From contig OX597819.1 in NCBI GenBank assembly GCA_951406725.2, positions 57,412,001 to 57,476,000 of the forward strand: a stretch of DNA of 64,000 bases. Reading direction: 5' to 3'. The notes under the pieces are model-generated. The model saw only the letters and a list, made by a program, of their open reading frames with translations. It was not told the origin of the DNA and did no database searches. The position numbers were made by a program, and so were the translations under genes. Positions 12,310-25,105 of this stretch are shown here, one piece after another (the stretch's first letter is position 1; each line of letters opens with the position of its first letter). Source of the stretch: Octopus vulgaris. Lineage: Eukaryota.

Positions 12310-14734
12310 TTTTGTTTAACTTTACATTAACATCACTCTATGACTTTCGTCATTATATTTCATAAAAACTTTATAGCAGTCATACAACTGGGACCATGCT
12401 TTCAGCAAAGAAATTTATAGCTTTGTCCGAATGAAATAATTTATTATTAATCTTGCGGCTTAAATGACTAGACTTTCTGTTTAGAGCAGGACATTCATGT
12501 CTAACTTACAAATTGGTTTTTGTATTTATAGAGATGATAAATTGAATAAATTGATGATATGTGTTCATTTAAGCTAATGAAATGTCATATGAAGTATATA
12601 ACCGCATTGCATTTGGAAGTCTTATATTATTGTGAAAATGAATTACGTCAATGACTGAGGTGAAATGTTACAGAGGCAAAGCAATTAACCTTTTCCTATG
12701 AATATAAGCTCATAGCTACTATGGTGAGTTTGTAGAATATCATTAGTATTATTTAACACACAGAAGATTTTACAACATAACACATATACACGCATATATA
12801 TTAACTTGAAGAATACAAATATCTACGGTGTTGAATTATCTTTCAAGTTCCTACGTCCAGTATATTGAGGAATATAACACTATATCGACGAATTGAAGAA
12901 GATAGGAGTATGTTTTCGATCTTCAAATACAAATTTAATAGCTGTGAATTTGCTGAGGTTGCGATTTGCTTTGATTAATTTTAGTAAACAAATTGCTAAA
13001 TTGCATTTCAAACTAAATTTCCTTGAGAGATCTGTATGATAAAAACTAGACTCATTGTTAGCCTATTTAATTTTATGTTTCGATTCGGTGCCATCTTGCT
13101 TTATCTCAGAATGAATATCTATCGTACATCTTAATGTGGTACTTATTGGTCTCAGACATATTAGAATGTGGTTTATTCACTGGTTACAATAGTTTTATCA
13201 TAAACTTACAGCATGGATATTCTTATCTTGAAGTTTCAGTGCGATTAAACATGCGTTATTGTTGTTGATGATGTTGTTGTGGTTGTTGTTGTTGTTGTCG
13301 CTGTTTAAATTGTTTAAGTTTGTTATTTTTGGTCTTTATATTTGATTTTGTGTTGTTATTGTTAAGTTCCGGGTTATCAGAGATAAAGAAGATCTATGGC
13401 AAAAGATATTTCAGCGATGATCGACAGATACATTTGTATATTTAAAGGCCACAGTTTCCGATTCTGTTAATTATTTTTTTTCATGTCTGTAGGATGTATT
13501 TTGGAGAAGAGTTCACTGCTAATATTGGCACATCGAATGACAACACTGCGACTCCAGTCTTGATTAAATTAATTTTTCTTTTAATGTTTATAGCCTATTT
13601 CCCCTTGATTAAAGTAACCTGTGACCAAAGGTTTTTCCAGATGTGATCCTTATGGAATCATTCAGATTTGGTGGTCCAAGATTACATTATCGAATAGTTC
13701 TATATGTTGTGGGAGGTTTGGCTGCTATTTCTGGTAAAATTCGAGTGACAACGTCGAGCTTCCGTAGTTGTCACTAACCATTAATGTATCTATAAACATG
13801 TGTGTATGCACATGTGTGTGCATATGGGTATGGATGTGTGTGTTTTATTCCAGATATTGACTTCCAATCATAGACAAACTGTTAGAATGTTTTCACACCT
13901 CGTGGGACATAGAAATGTGATTTCATCATCGATTAACATACATATAGAAGTTTAAATTAGGAAAAACAACAATAGCAATATATCACGCGCGCGCGCACGC
14001 ACACACACACACACACACATACACACGCGGTACACTGTCACACAAAAAAAAATCGCACAAACGAAAATTCTAGAAGCTTAAACAATGAATAAGTCAAGTA
14101 ATTGCTAAAAAGAAGTCCGTGATGTTAACGGTCATGTGTCTAAATAAAGCACTATGGAAGCAGCATGTTTAAGTGACAGATTTCAACTCAAACGGAATAA
14201 ATTTTGTCTTGCATTTCACGATGAAATATCAATGATATTAAAATTATATTAATGAAGAATTCATTCATCGTATTGTGTATCTAGAATGTTGGGCAGGCAG
14301 AATCCTTATAGCATTGGAAATATTCTTTGTGGTATTTCTGCCGGCTGTTTACAGTCTATATTCCAATCTTTCTGCGTTGAACTTGGCTTTCACCTCCTCA
14401 GGTTCGATAATCTGAAGTACCAATCGCGTATTTAGATCGATGCATCGATTAACCCACTGATCGGAAAATTGCTGTCCGATCGGAAACTTGCTGTCCGCGG
14501 ATAGAAAACATTAAATTGGATGCTTAAGCTATCGAGATGGTAGGATCGTTAGAAAATCAGATGAAATGCTCTGTGTTATCTCTTCTAGTTATTTCTACTC
14601 CCAGTTCAGTTTCCACTGTGGTCAACTTTATCTATCATCCCTGCATGGTCCATAAAATAAGGTACTAGTCTAGGACTTATGTCGTTTTAATCGATTACAC
14701 TGTTTACATCAGCAGTTTTGCCCTTGTGTCTAAA

Positions 14735-15278
14735 TTGGGATATATAATTTGATGGGCAGATATTTCTCAACATAATTTTGATGGGGAGAATTTTTTCGAT
14801 ATATAATTTGATGGGAAGATATTCTACAATATATAATTTGATGGGCAAATTTTATTCGATATATAGTTTGATGGGCAGATTTTATGTGATATATAATTTG
14901 ACGGGTATAATTTTTTTGATATATAATTTGATGGGCAGATGTTTCTCGATATATAATTTCATGGGCAGATTTTTTACAATATATAATTTGATGGGCAGAT
15001 TTTATTCAATATATAATCTGATGGGCAAATTTTGGGGGAGTAACATAATTAGATGGCAGATTTTATTCGATATATAATTTGATGGTCAGATCTTTTTTCG
15101 ACATATAGTTAGATGGGGATAATTTTTTCGATATATACTATGATGGACAGATGTTTTTCCATACATAATTTGATGGGTAGATGTTTTTCCATAATTAATT
15201 TGATGGGCAGATTTTTCCGATATATAATTTGATGGACAGATTTTATTGGACATATGATTTGCTAGGCAGATTTTTTCA
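14735..15278. repeat. 30-bp minisatellite (GATATATAATTTGATGGGCAGATTTTTTC-like), about 18 copies
   Basis: Unit visible directly; the ORF at 14778-15077 repeats every 10 aa (IYNLMGRFYS). Confidence 0.92.
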
Positions 15279-15515
15279 AATGCTTGTTATTCATCTACTA
15301 CTTGTTACGGTTAAGTCGATTCGTTCTGTTTTTAGCAATTAGGCTGACAGGTATAAGATATTTGGTCATTATTCCATATACTTAGTAGAAATAAATCGAA
15401 AATGCTTAATTGATTTATGAATGCCTATAATACGGCTCAGTGTGATATTTAATATTTATGAGAGAAAGAAGTAAAGTTAACTGTACCATTACAGTTTAAT
15501 ATGATAGCATTTTGA

Positions 15516-15910
15516 AGGCGGTGAGCTGGAAGAAACGTTATCACGCCCGGCGAAATGTTTAGCGGTATTTTGTCTGCCGTTACGTTCTGAGTTCAAATTC
15601 CGCCGAGGTCAACTTTGCCTTTCATCCTTTCGGGGTCGATTAAATAAGTACCAGTTACGCACTGGGGTCGATATAATCGACTTAATCCGTTTGTCTATCC
15701 TTGTTTGTCCTCTATGTGTTTAGCCCCTTGTGGGTAGTCAAGAAATAGGTATTTCATCTGTTATTACGTTCTGAGTTCGATTTCCGCCGAGGTCGACTTT
15801 GCATTCGTCCTTTCGGAATCGATAAATTAAGTACCAGTTGCATACTGGGATCGATCTAATCGACTGGCCCCTCCCCCAAATTTTGCGCCTTGTGCCTAGA
15901 GTAGAAAAGT
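15516..15910 (+). mobile_element. Family A SINE with a duplicated internal core
   Basis: Head AGGCGGTGAGCTGG; two GTTCTGAGTTC...GTCRACTTTGC...AAGTACCAGTT units; imperfect TSD ATATGATAGCATTTT / ATATGATAACAGTTT. Confidence 0.9.
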
Positions 15911-16004
15911 ATATGATAACAGTTTATGTTGATCCAACTTTATAGATAAAACAAAGTTAGTTACAAAATCTATCTCACGGATTTTCTGAGACGCAGAATC
16001 GGGG

Positions 16005-16175
16005 ATTTTTCTGGGGCTTTAGGGGTTTTAGGTGTTTGAATACAAGACTTCCTCACCCAGTTGAGCCAATGACTATTGATCACGTCCCAGCTTGCATCCA
16101 CATTGTAATAAAACCATTGACCTGCTCTCCTTATCCAAAGTAATCTAGTAGCTTTCTCTGCAGCTTCGGATCCAT
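16005..16175 (-). mobile_element. 3' remnant of a HERO/NeSL-like (restriction-like-endonuclease) non-LTR retrotransposon
   Basis: SEAAEKATRLLWIRR resembles the EAAEKASRWLWIKR C-terminus I recall for HERO-type elements, followed by a UTR-like GCTGGG...TGATCAA...CTGGGTGAGG segment. Family assignment is from recall only. Confidence 0.5.
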
Positions 16176-17057
16176 TACGATTGAAAATAGCTCGAAACGG
16201 TGTATAACTGGTATTATACCCTGTCAAGCGTGACTCAAACAAAATAGTTGAATGAATAACATACAGCCAAAATAAATGTTTTAACGAGTCTATAGAAAGA
16301 CGATAAATAGTAGGAAATTATTGATAGAATTTAGTCAACGAAGAAGTATTATTAAGTTAATATTAATTATTTCAGTAAATATTCATCCAAATCGATCTCA
16401 CTATTTCATAGCTGAACTGTGGATCATTTATTATATACATATGCCTGTCAATATGTATATACGTCTATTACTATATACCTACGTACCATTAAGTTAATTC
16501 ATTATTTCAGCAAATTTTCGTTCAAATTTCTCTCCCTATTTCATAGACGGACATGGAAAATCTATTATTAAATATATACGTATGGAAATAAAGAAGTATT
16601 GTTTTGGTCGTCTATAAATTTTGAGAAGGTTAAAGACCTAAATCAAATCAATATTCCTAATTTGTGATTAGGCAGTTAAAAATCTCTATTCCCGTCATTT
16701 ATCGATCAGATAAATTTGAAGTGTATTATATTAATAGGGCATCATTAAAGGGATATATTATTCTCAATTCGTTCGAAGAGTATCACATCGTAGTATTTAG
16801 CTAATATACAAAACTAATTTAGTAGTTTCAGAAACGCATTATTGAAATAGAAGTAGATTTATGAAAGACGGACTAAATTTCCAACCTAAGGTTAAGGCTG
16901 AATGCGAAAATAAAGTGAAACAGCTTGCGTATGCTCTAAGGTCAATATATTGAATAAAAGAATATAAACTTTATTAATGCATTGAGTGGTTTCTTCGATT
17001 CTTGATTGGAAGTGCCTCATAAACTGAAACACAGCCATTCATGTGTGTGTGTATGTA

Positions 17058-17109
<52 letters not shown>

Positions 17110-17147
17110 TATATATACTGTATATAATATACTATATATAAATCGCA

Positions 17148-18880
17148 TAAAACTTAGATAAAACTTAGATATGTTTCGACCAGAGATTGGTCCAGGCCAT
17201 GTCTAACTTAATAGCACCACCTGATAGGATTATTCGAATCCTGTTTAAGTCAAGTTTTGTTCAAGTAGTGAGTTCTTGTTGGGTGAGTTGTATCCAATTA
17301 TGGGTGGCTTATCTGGTATTCTTTGAAGGAATCTATCCAGACTCTGTTTAAAGTTGATGGGATCCTTTTCCTCTTTGATCTCCCTCGGGACAATGTTAAA
17401 TAGGGCAGGGCCTGTTGAGGAAAAGAAATTATGTTGCAGTGTACATGTATGTTGTGATCTTGAATTTGGCAGGGGACGTATAGCCCGTGGTCCAAGTCTT
17501 GGATGGACCTTGAAGCTAATGTTTAGGTCGTTTGGGCAAAGTTGGCGGTATATTTTCCACATCGTACAAATGATGTACCGCTCACGGCGACGCTGGAGGG
17601 AGTAAAGTTTCAAGGTTTTAAGGCGATCCCAATAATCGAGAGCAGCCATGCCTTCAATTTTTTTAGTGAGAGCCCTCTGGGGTGACTCAATTCTGGAGAT
17701 GTTTTGTCTTGTGTGAGGAGACCACAGTGGGCAGCAGTATTCAAGGTGTGGCCGTACAAAGGAGGAAAAAAGTGGTATGATGACACCTTGTTCTCTGGAC
17801 CGGAAAGTTCTTAAGATCCAGGAACTCATCCTACGAGCTATATCAACCTTCTTGTTGATGTGTGCACTCCAACTGAGATCGTCATCAACAATTACACCCA
17901 GGTCTCTGATATTGTTAGAGGCTGTGAGCGGTTCCCCTGAAGGAAGAGAGTATGGTTGTTTTAGTGAGGAATTTCTTCCAAAATGCATCAACTCAAATTT
18001 TCCCTCATTCAGTTGCATTTTGTTTCTGTCTGCCCATTGACTCACAGCATATAGATCAGACTGGAGTTGAGTTCGGTCTGCTTCTTCATTGACGATTTGC
18101 TGGAGCTTAGTGCCATCAGCGAATATTTTCACTTTGCAGTGATGTACGACACTGGAAAGGTCGTTTACGTAAATTATGAAGAGTAGCGGACCCAAAACAG
18201 TTCCCTGGGGAACACCGCTGGTGACTTTTGCTGGGTTTGAGTGGACTCCATCAACTACAACATGTTGCGTTCTATTCGCCAGGAAATACTTAATCCAGTG
18301 TAGAACTTTTCCACGGATTCCAACATTTGCCAATTTCGAGAGTAGGATGTTATGGTCTACCCTGTCGAACGCTTTACTGAAGTCAAGATATATGACGTCA
18401 GAGTTCGAACCTGTTCCCAAGGCTTTGAGTACATCTTCAATGTGGTGTAACAGCTGTGTTAGACAGTCCCTGCCACAGCGAAAGCCATGCTGATTTGAAT
18501 TTAGGAGTTTCTGGGTCTCCAGCAAGTCAGCTATCCTTGATCTTAACACTCTTTCAAACACTTTAATCATGTGGGAGGTGAGTGAGATTGGGCGATAGTT
18601 GACTGCGAGGGATCTGTTTCCCTGTTTGAAAACCGGGATGACCGACTGGGATAGAAACTGTTTCGGTATATAACCTGCGTCTAACGAGTTTCTCCAGAGG
18701 TTGGTCAGAGGGACTGCAAGTTGATATCTACATTCCTTCAGGAGACTAGCGGGGAATCTATCAGGGCCTACAGCAGAGTAATGTTTGACCTCATTTATTG
18801 CTGCTACGATGTCGGTGGCAGTGAAGGTTATGTCTGCGATTTTGTGTTGGGAGTCAACTTCGTTCGTTTCCTTCACGTCA
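17148..18880 (-). mobile_element. 5'-truncated CR1/L2-group LINE with an (ATCTAAGTTTT)2 3' tail and a 44-bp target-site duplication
   Basis: Contains the RT ORF; 3' hairpin GACCAATCTCTGGTC; flanks 17104-17147 and 18885-18928 match with one mismatch. Confidence 0.93.
17245..18876 (-). CDS. LINE ORF2 reverse transcriptase domain and C-terminus (543 aa, no endonuclease, catalytic FADD changed to FADG)
   Basis: NYRPISLTS, QHGFR, YLDFSKAFDRV, SGVPQGTVLGPLLF, IFADGTKL, RDLGV, VRPHLEYCCPLWSP, LYSLQRRRERY. Confidence 0.93.
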   Translation of the reverse strand: MKETNEVDSQHKIADITFTATDIVAAINEVKHYSAVGPDRFPASLLKECRYQLAVPLTNLWRNSLDAGYIPKQFLSQSVIPVFKQGNRSLAVNYRPISLTSHMIKVFERVLRSRIADLLETQKLLNSNQHGFRCGRDCLTQLLHHIEDVLKALGTGSNSDVIYLDFSKAFDRVDHNILLSKLANVGIRGKVLHWIKYFLANRTQHVVVDGVHSNPAKVTSGVPQGTVLGPLLFIIYVNDLSSVVHHCKVKIFADGTKLQQIVNEEADRTQLQSDLYAVSQWADRNKMQLNEGKFELMHFGRNSSLKQPYSLPSGEPLTASNNIRDLGVIVDDDLSWSAHINKKVDIARRMSSWILRTFRSREQGVIIPLFSSFVRPHLEYCCPLWSPHTRQNISRIESPQRALTKKIEGMAALDYWDRLKTLKLYSLQRRRERYIICTMWKIYRQLCPNDLNISFKVHPRLGPRAIRPLPNSRSQHTCTLQHNFFSSTGPALFNIVPREIKEEKDPINFKQSLDRFLQRIPDKPPIIGYNSPNKNSLLEQNLT

Positions 18881-18884
18881 TACT

Positions 18885-20872
18885 ATATACTATATATACT
18901 ATATATAATATACTATATATAAATCGCAGTGTATGTGCGTATAAGTCTAACGCATATATTTCCACAATTCTCAAGCGATTATCTCCAAACTTTACACACG
19001 CATTAATTATGTCCCGAGGATGGTCATGCACTATAATATTTTGTCCAGAACTCCCGCGTAAATGGACGTAAATGGACATAGTTTTTTTATGTAGGGTCTT
19101 CCATACTTTTTAATCATTTTATAACAGTGAAAGAATTGTGTCTATCTATTTATATAGACTGTCCACCTGTGCTGTGACCCGGTAACGAAATGGCATTTGT
19201 AAGCTGTCATTCTGTTTTCATGTAAATAAATGTTTATGATAATTTAAAAGATTTATCTTATTTAGCTGTTATTTTTAGCACAATACGTGTTATGTCTCCG
19301 GTAATTTTCTTTAAAAGATTTTCCAAATTCGTTGTATGTACATAGTATTTTTTTTAAAAGGGTCTTCCCTTTTAAAAGGGTCTTCCCTTTTAAAAGGGTC
19401 TTAAAATCTATATAGGCGTGTATTAGCATTAGAGAATATTTTCGACTATAATTAAATTGACTAGGAATACTGTCCACGATGAATATCCAATACCAAACAA
19501 TCTTAATCTCCAATCTTAAACTGCATTAAGCTTTGGCAAGTTTACCCATACCTATTCTGCATTACTTGAAAGGTGATCTTCCATTTCCTCACTTCTATTT
19601 GTCAATACCTTTGTTGACCTACCAATGCGTTGCTTCACCTTAAGGATGCTAATTTACCCATCCATTATGATATTTCGACTGTTGCCTATTCTTCCAAATA
19701 CGTTCTAGCCCTTTTTTAAACAATCACGTATGATTCGTCCCAAAGAATCAACCTTTCAATAAGAGTTTTGCTACCACTAGCGAAAGCTATACGTATCTTT
19801 CACAAAGCTCCATACAAATTTCACTTTATGAGGCAATCGCTGTTCCTTTATGTGCAAGCTCTGTAGGAACACAAAATAAAGAAGCTTTTGTTAGCTTATA
19901 ACAGAAACGATAATCACTTGGTACACTAAAACCCATATTCCTTCTCCAGATAATACAAGGATGCCACCTAAAACCTGAGCACGCATTGGCAGAAAGCCTT
20001 CTGTAGCGGCAAGGCAGCAGTGCTGGCCGGCTAAGGAAATTGAGGACAAGAGGTCCAGTAGATCGTTGAAAAGAGCTTTCGCTGCTAGAGCTGCTAAGGC
20101 AGCTTCAAACCTATCGAGTACGTGCTGCGGACACAAGGGCCGTAGAAAACCTACAAAAGAATGCTATCCGTCTGGGTACGCAACGTTGCATATACATCTG
20201 CCACATGGGCCGAAGAAGCCCCAAAAGAATGTGCTATCCGTCGGGATCGCAGCACTGCATCAACGTCTGCGGCGAGGGTGACAGATGATGATAAACATCG
20301 AATGATGAGATTCAGTCTAATGTTCAACAGAAGGCTCTTGCCATGGCTACTTGAAGCTATCGAGTATTCGATGTGCATCAAAGCCGCTCAACTATAATCC
20401 TGCCGATGATTACGCCCCTCATCGAGAGACCGTTAAGAGGGATATGTCTGTAATATGTCCATTTTGAAAGCCCCTCAAGTGGCATATGGTGCTGAAACAG
20501 AATAGTTTGCTTGCCTGACCTGCAAAACACCCCTCAGCCTTTCTTCTCTTTACTCCTTGGTCAACACCCTGTTTCGCTGCAATTTATACAGAAAATTCGC
20601 GTTTATAATTCTGCCTTCTAGACAGCAGGGTTCGGTCACGAACCCATTCATTAAGACTGCTATAGGCTAACGTTCAAAGTTCAGGGCAAAACATATCATC
20701 GGATAGCCTCTATTCTTACTTTCAGCAACGATTAACACTGATTCCTTCAAATTTACTTCCTGGGAGTACCACTGATGAAACGGCTCACTCAGCCCAGGTG
20801 GCACCTGGAACAAAGGAAAAAGAATACCACCAAAGCAAATTAAACCGTTCAAAGGACTGGTACGTTTGCTAG
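18885..20872 (+). mobile_element. Internally deleted Helitron (rolling-circle transposon)
   Basis: AT-rich TACTATATATAAATCGCA 5' end; decayed Rep/Hel N-terminal coding sequence at ~19961-20765 (DMSVICPF*K.LKW; QFIQKIRVYNSAF; TFKVQGKTYHRIASIL; FLQIYFLG); weak 3' hairpin ACCGTTCAAAGGACTGGT followed by CTAG|T at 20869-20873. Confidence 0.8.
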
Positions 20873-20903
<31 letters not shown>

Positions 20904-20916
20904 ACGTGTGCGTGTA

Positions 20917-20953
<37 letters not shown>

Positions 20954-21059
20954 TTGTGTGTGTGACTGAACATGTCCATATTCATATACATATTCATTTA
21001 ATGGTACATGTTATCAATAGCATGCATAAACAACCTCACGGCCCTTGCATTCTTCACCC

Positions 21060-21258
21060 AGTGGAATATTCAGATTGCAACACGTGTAGGGATAGAGAGG
21101 GCTTTCTCAGCGCTTATCTGGTATTAATTTCAGGCGCGTAAACTGGAGCAACGGAAATTGATGTTTCTGGTTCATTGACAAAATGTGCCTCCGATCCTGG
21201 AATCGAACGTAAAACCCTATGATTCTGAACTCAACACCCAAACTTATCGGCCACGTGC
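21060..21258 (-). mobile_element. Degenerate SINE, family C
   Basis: AACTGGAGCAACGGAAAT...GGAATCGAAC...GGCCACGTGC motifs shared with 21790-22055 and 58680-58957. Confidence 0.6.
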
Positions 21259-21789
21259 ATTTTGATACAGGCATTCACTGTAAATATAATAATTATTAAA
21301 AAAAAATAATAATGGATTTATGTATGGGAGCAAATGCTGCTAGCATGATTTTCTACCTATTAATGATTGCTACATAAACGAGGTAATGTAACATACATTA
21401 ATCCGCTTGAAAGAAAAATAGTTCTAACTAAAGGTGTGAAGACATCATCCATAACCAGCTAGAGCGATATTTTATTAATTCAGTATTAAATTTTCAATTG
21501 CATCCTTGAAATTTAGTAGTGGGTGTGTCATACATCGGTTTTGACGAATGGCGATGGAACTAAGCATACTCTAATCGAGATTTGCAGAATTAATTTTATG
21601 ATTCAGTGAGTGGCAGAGTTTGGTTTTCGATCCACCTGGCTGAACAAGTAGCGCTCACCGCTTAATACATATCCCGTATTCTTATTCTATGGATGTTGCT
21701 ATCTTGATTTCGCTGTGAAAGTCCGGCATCTTATGTATATTAGCTACATAACTACATTTACAACCGATATTTGATTATTACTACCACCA

Positions 21790-22055
21790 ATCCATCGGTT
21801 ACGAGTGTTCTAGTTGATCCGATCAACGAAACGCAGACGCGCGTGACCCTCACATAGTTCTCAGGGCGATTAAGCCAGACGCGAAGTGTGACAGGGCTGG
21901 TCCTTTGAATTACAGGTACATACTCATTTTTGGCAACTGAGTGCACTGGAGCAACGTGAAATGATATGTCCTTCTCAAAGATACAACGTGCTGCGGGGAA
22001 TCGAATTCAAAACCTTATGATCATCAGCCGAATACTCTAGACACTAGGCCACGCT
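21790..22055 (-). mobile_element. tRNA-derived SINE, family C
   Basis: Minus-strand head GCGTGGCCTAGTG...GAATTCGATTCCCC; body motif CTGGAGCAACGTGAAAT. Confidence 0.7.
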
Positions 22056-22868
22056 CATCCAGTGTTTATTACTAACACCCAAAACAGCAGGTATGTACTC
22101 AACCATCATCTCATCCGCGTCTGATATTGCTATCAAAGCACTTACATTCAACATATATAATTAGTTTTTCATTTTATCCTTCATATTCTAAATGCTTGCC
22201 TCTACATTTCTTTATGCACCACTGCGGACTGCTTCTTTGGTGTCGATTTCTTTCATATTTAGAAATAGAAACTGTATCTTAAAGGACTCTATGCCCACGT
22301 TCCAATATTCTCTTCACTAAAATATTTCGTTTCCAACACTCCGTTCTAAAAGAGAAACAATTTCTTTTATTAATAAAGTAATTCTGTTTACAAAAGAAAT
22401 TATATCGTAAAACCTTTCCTTTCCTTTGATCCTTATCGTAACAACAATAATTCATTTATCAATAAAACACTTTACTTCACAAAATAGACTATTTATAATC
22501 ATTTCTCTAAATTACAATTCGTGGCTAATGTGCTTAGCTTGCAAATTGGAAACCTCTAAAGGCTATACTGATAAAAACTAGAGGAAAAGCTGCAAACAAT
22601 CTTTTCAATTTGTTTAACATACAAACTTACTGATTCACTTAGATCAATTAATGCGACATCAATTTAGCAAAAAATGCTTTTAAATCAATTGGTGTATCCG
22701 TATATCTAATTGGTGCCCTTTAGAATACATGCATAACATTTTAACTGAATAAATATGCTCAACAGATCTAGATTGATATTCACTATTTATATTTTTACCA
22801 TTTGCTTTCATTACATCTCAATGTATCTAGGGCATTTCACCGAATGATACGTATTGACTAGAGACGCC

Positions 22869-22916
<48 letters not shown>

Positions 22917-22982
22917 TATATATATATATATATACACGCATATATACGTATATAAATACACACACACACATATATATGCATA

Positions 22983-23053
<71 letters not shown>

Positions 23054-24422
23054 TCTACATTTATATGCGCCGAAAATTACACTATATGGATATATGGATA
23101 TGCAAGATTTGAAATATAGCCCTATATTATTAAATTAGCAGGATTTTATTCTCTTATACACATACTTAGTCAATGCAATAAGCACATGTGTTAATTCCAC
23201 GGTAGCTTAAAACTAGAAAACAAAAATCTTCAGAAGTTTTTGAACCAGAAAATTCACGACCTCCCATCCGTCTGTTAAGTGTTGCAATGCCTTCTTTCAT
23301 TCTTGTTTAAAATCGCATTCTGACTCATTGCAACAAAAGCAGTTGGATACGGTTAACATACTGTCAAGTATAGTTCTCATTTACGGCTGACATGAAGCTA
23401 CACATATTATAATTTCAAACTATCGAATAACTTTTGCGCGTGCACAAAGCAATTATTGATCAACCCACCAAATATCTGTTAATAATTAACTCTCTTTACA
23501 AACGCCATCACTAATATACCTCATTCCGTGCAACCAAAATGTTCCACTATGTACAGCATTATGTGTAGATATAGTAGTGATATTGGTATAGAGCAATAAT
23601 AAGATTCAGTGTGATATCGGCATTTGGTACAAATAAAATTATGCAGGAATTACTTTGGTTGTGTTCTAAATATTAATTTACTCATGATCTTTTCACATTT
23701 TGCTAATTTGCAGATCATCGTGCATTGCATCCACAATTACGCAATGACAGCATGACCTTCCTGCGGTTATGACACATGCATTATCTCTCAATATTGCCTG
23801 TCTCTTTGCTAGAAACAAGTTTCGATGTATTACATGCAATGAAAGGTAAGATAAACACAAGTATAAATCATCGGTTGTTACGTACGTTTCATCGTTGCAG
23901 TTATTTTGGGATGTTTTATGTGTATTTCGATGCCTCGCCACAATGGATCATTAAGGAAACACTTTATTGCATTCTTGGTACTGGGATCTAATATCCAAAT
24001 AATTATAATGGTGAAACGTACGTAGGCACTAGAAATTTGTATTTGTGTCAACATTAATTTTCCACCACATATAATCTAAAGATATCACAACTAGTAATAA
24101 AGCTAAGCACACTTGTAGTCTAACCACTATATTGGAAGCTGGCTGGATAAAAACTATCTACGTGGGACTCTAACTCATACAGCAGTAGTTGCACACAAAA
24201 TATGCTACGTGATTCATCAGAAGAATTTCAAGTGAACTGACATATATATCAAAGAACACTGGCAGTGGAAAGGGGCTCTATAATCATGCAGATCCCAATA
24301 CAAAACTATTCCGAAACATATAATGAAAAACCTTCACTGTGTAAATAGGTTCAAGGACTTTAACATCCTGTCAAAATCTTCAGAGTAAACAGAATTTCAA
24401 TAAGCTACATCGGACCGATCGC

Positions 24423-24456
<34 letters not shown>

Positions 24457-24477
24457 TGTATGTATGTACGTATGTAG

Positions 24478-24514
<37 letters not shown>

Positions 24515-24659
24515 TATATACAACATATATGCATACATACGTACGTACGTACATACATATATACATACATATATATGTATATATATATATATATATACAT
24601 ATATGTACAAACATATATACATACGTACGTACGTACATACATATATACATACATACATA

Positions 24660-24715
<56 letters not shown>

Positions 24716-24720
24716 ATATT
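24423..24720. repeat. Compound (TATG)/(TA)/(TACG) microsatellite
   Basis: Read directly from the sequence. Confidence 0.9.
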
Positions 24721-24995
24721 GTGTAAAGAAAGTTAGCGGCTATAATAACCGACTAAGGGATAAAATATATGTATGTAATATGCGTATCTGCTTCTCGTGA
24801 TCACAGGGCATTGGAGTGCAGGCACACTATGCACGTAGAGTGCAGGTAACAACAGGATAATCAAGAGATTATCAGGAAACAAATACATATAATCAGAAAC
24901 GGAGAAAACCTCAGATAAACAAAACACATAGATTGGACTACGTTTATAGATTTTTTTTAATACAAAGCATGACATAACAATTAAGTGGCGTAACA

Positions 24996-25105
24996 AATCT
25001 TACGGCCGTTTCCGCATCCATTGCCAAACGCTGTCTATAAATAATTGCAAAAATGAAATTCTTCATCTTCGACATTAAAATTAAGGCACGGAGCTTCATC
25101 AGAGT
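24996..25105 (-). ncRNA. Degenerate hammerhead ribozyme motif with an extended stem II (Penelope-type)
   Basis: Minus strand: CU-CUGAUGA-A-GCUCCGUGCC...GGCAAUGGAUGC-G-GAAA-CGGCCG-UA-AG. Stem III is palindromic (ACGGCCGU); stem I is weak. Confidence 0.55.

Noticed and set aside
20770-20800. CTGATGA on the + strand as a hammerhead core
   Set aside because: No stem II or GAAA-stem III geometry follows.
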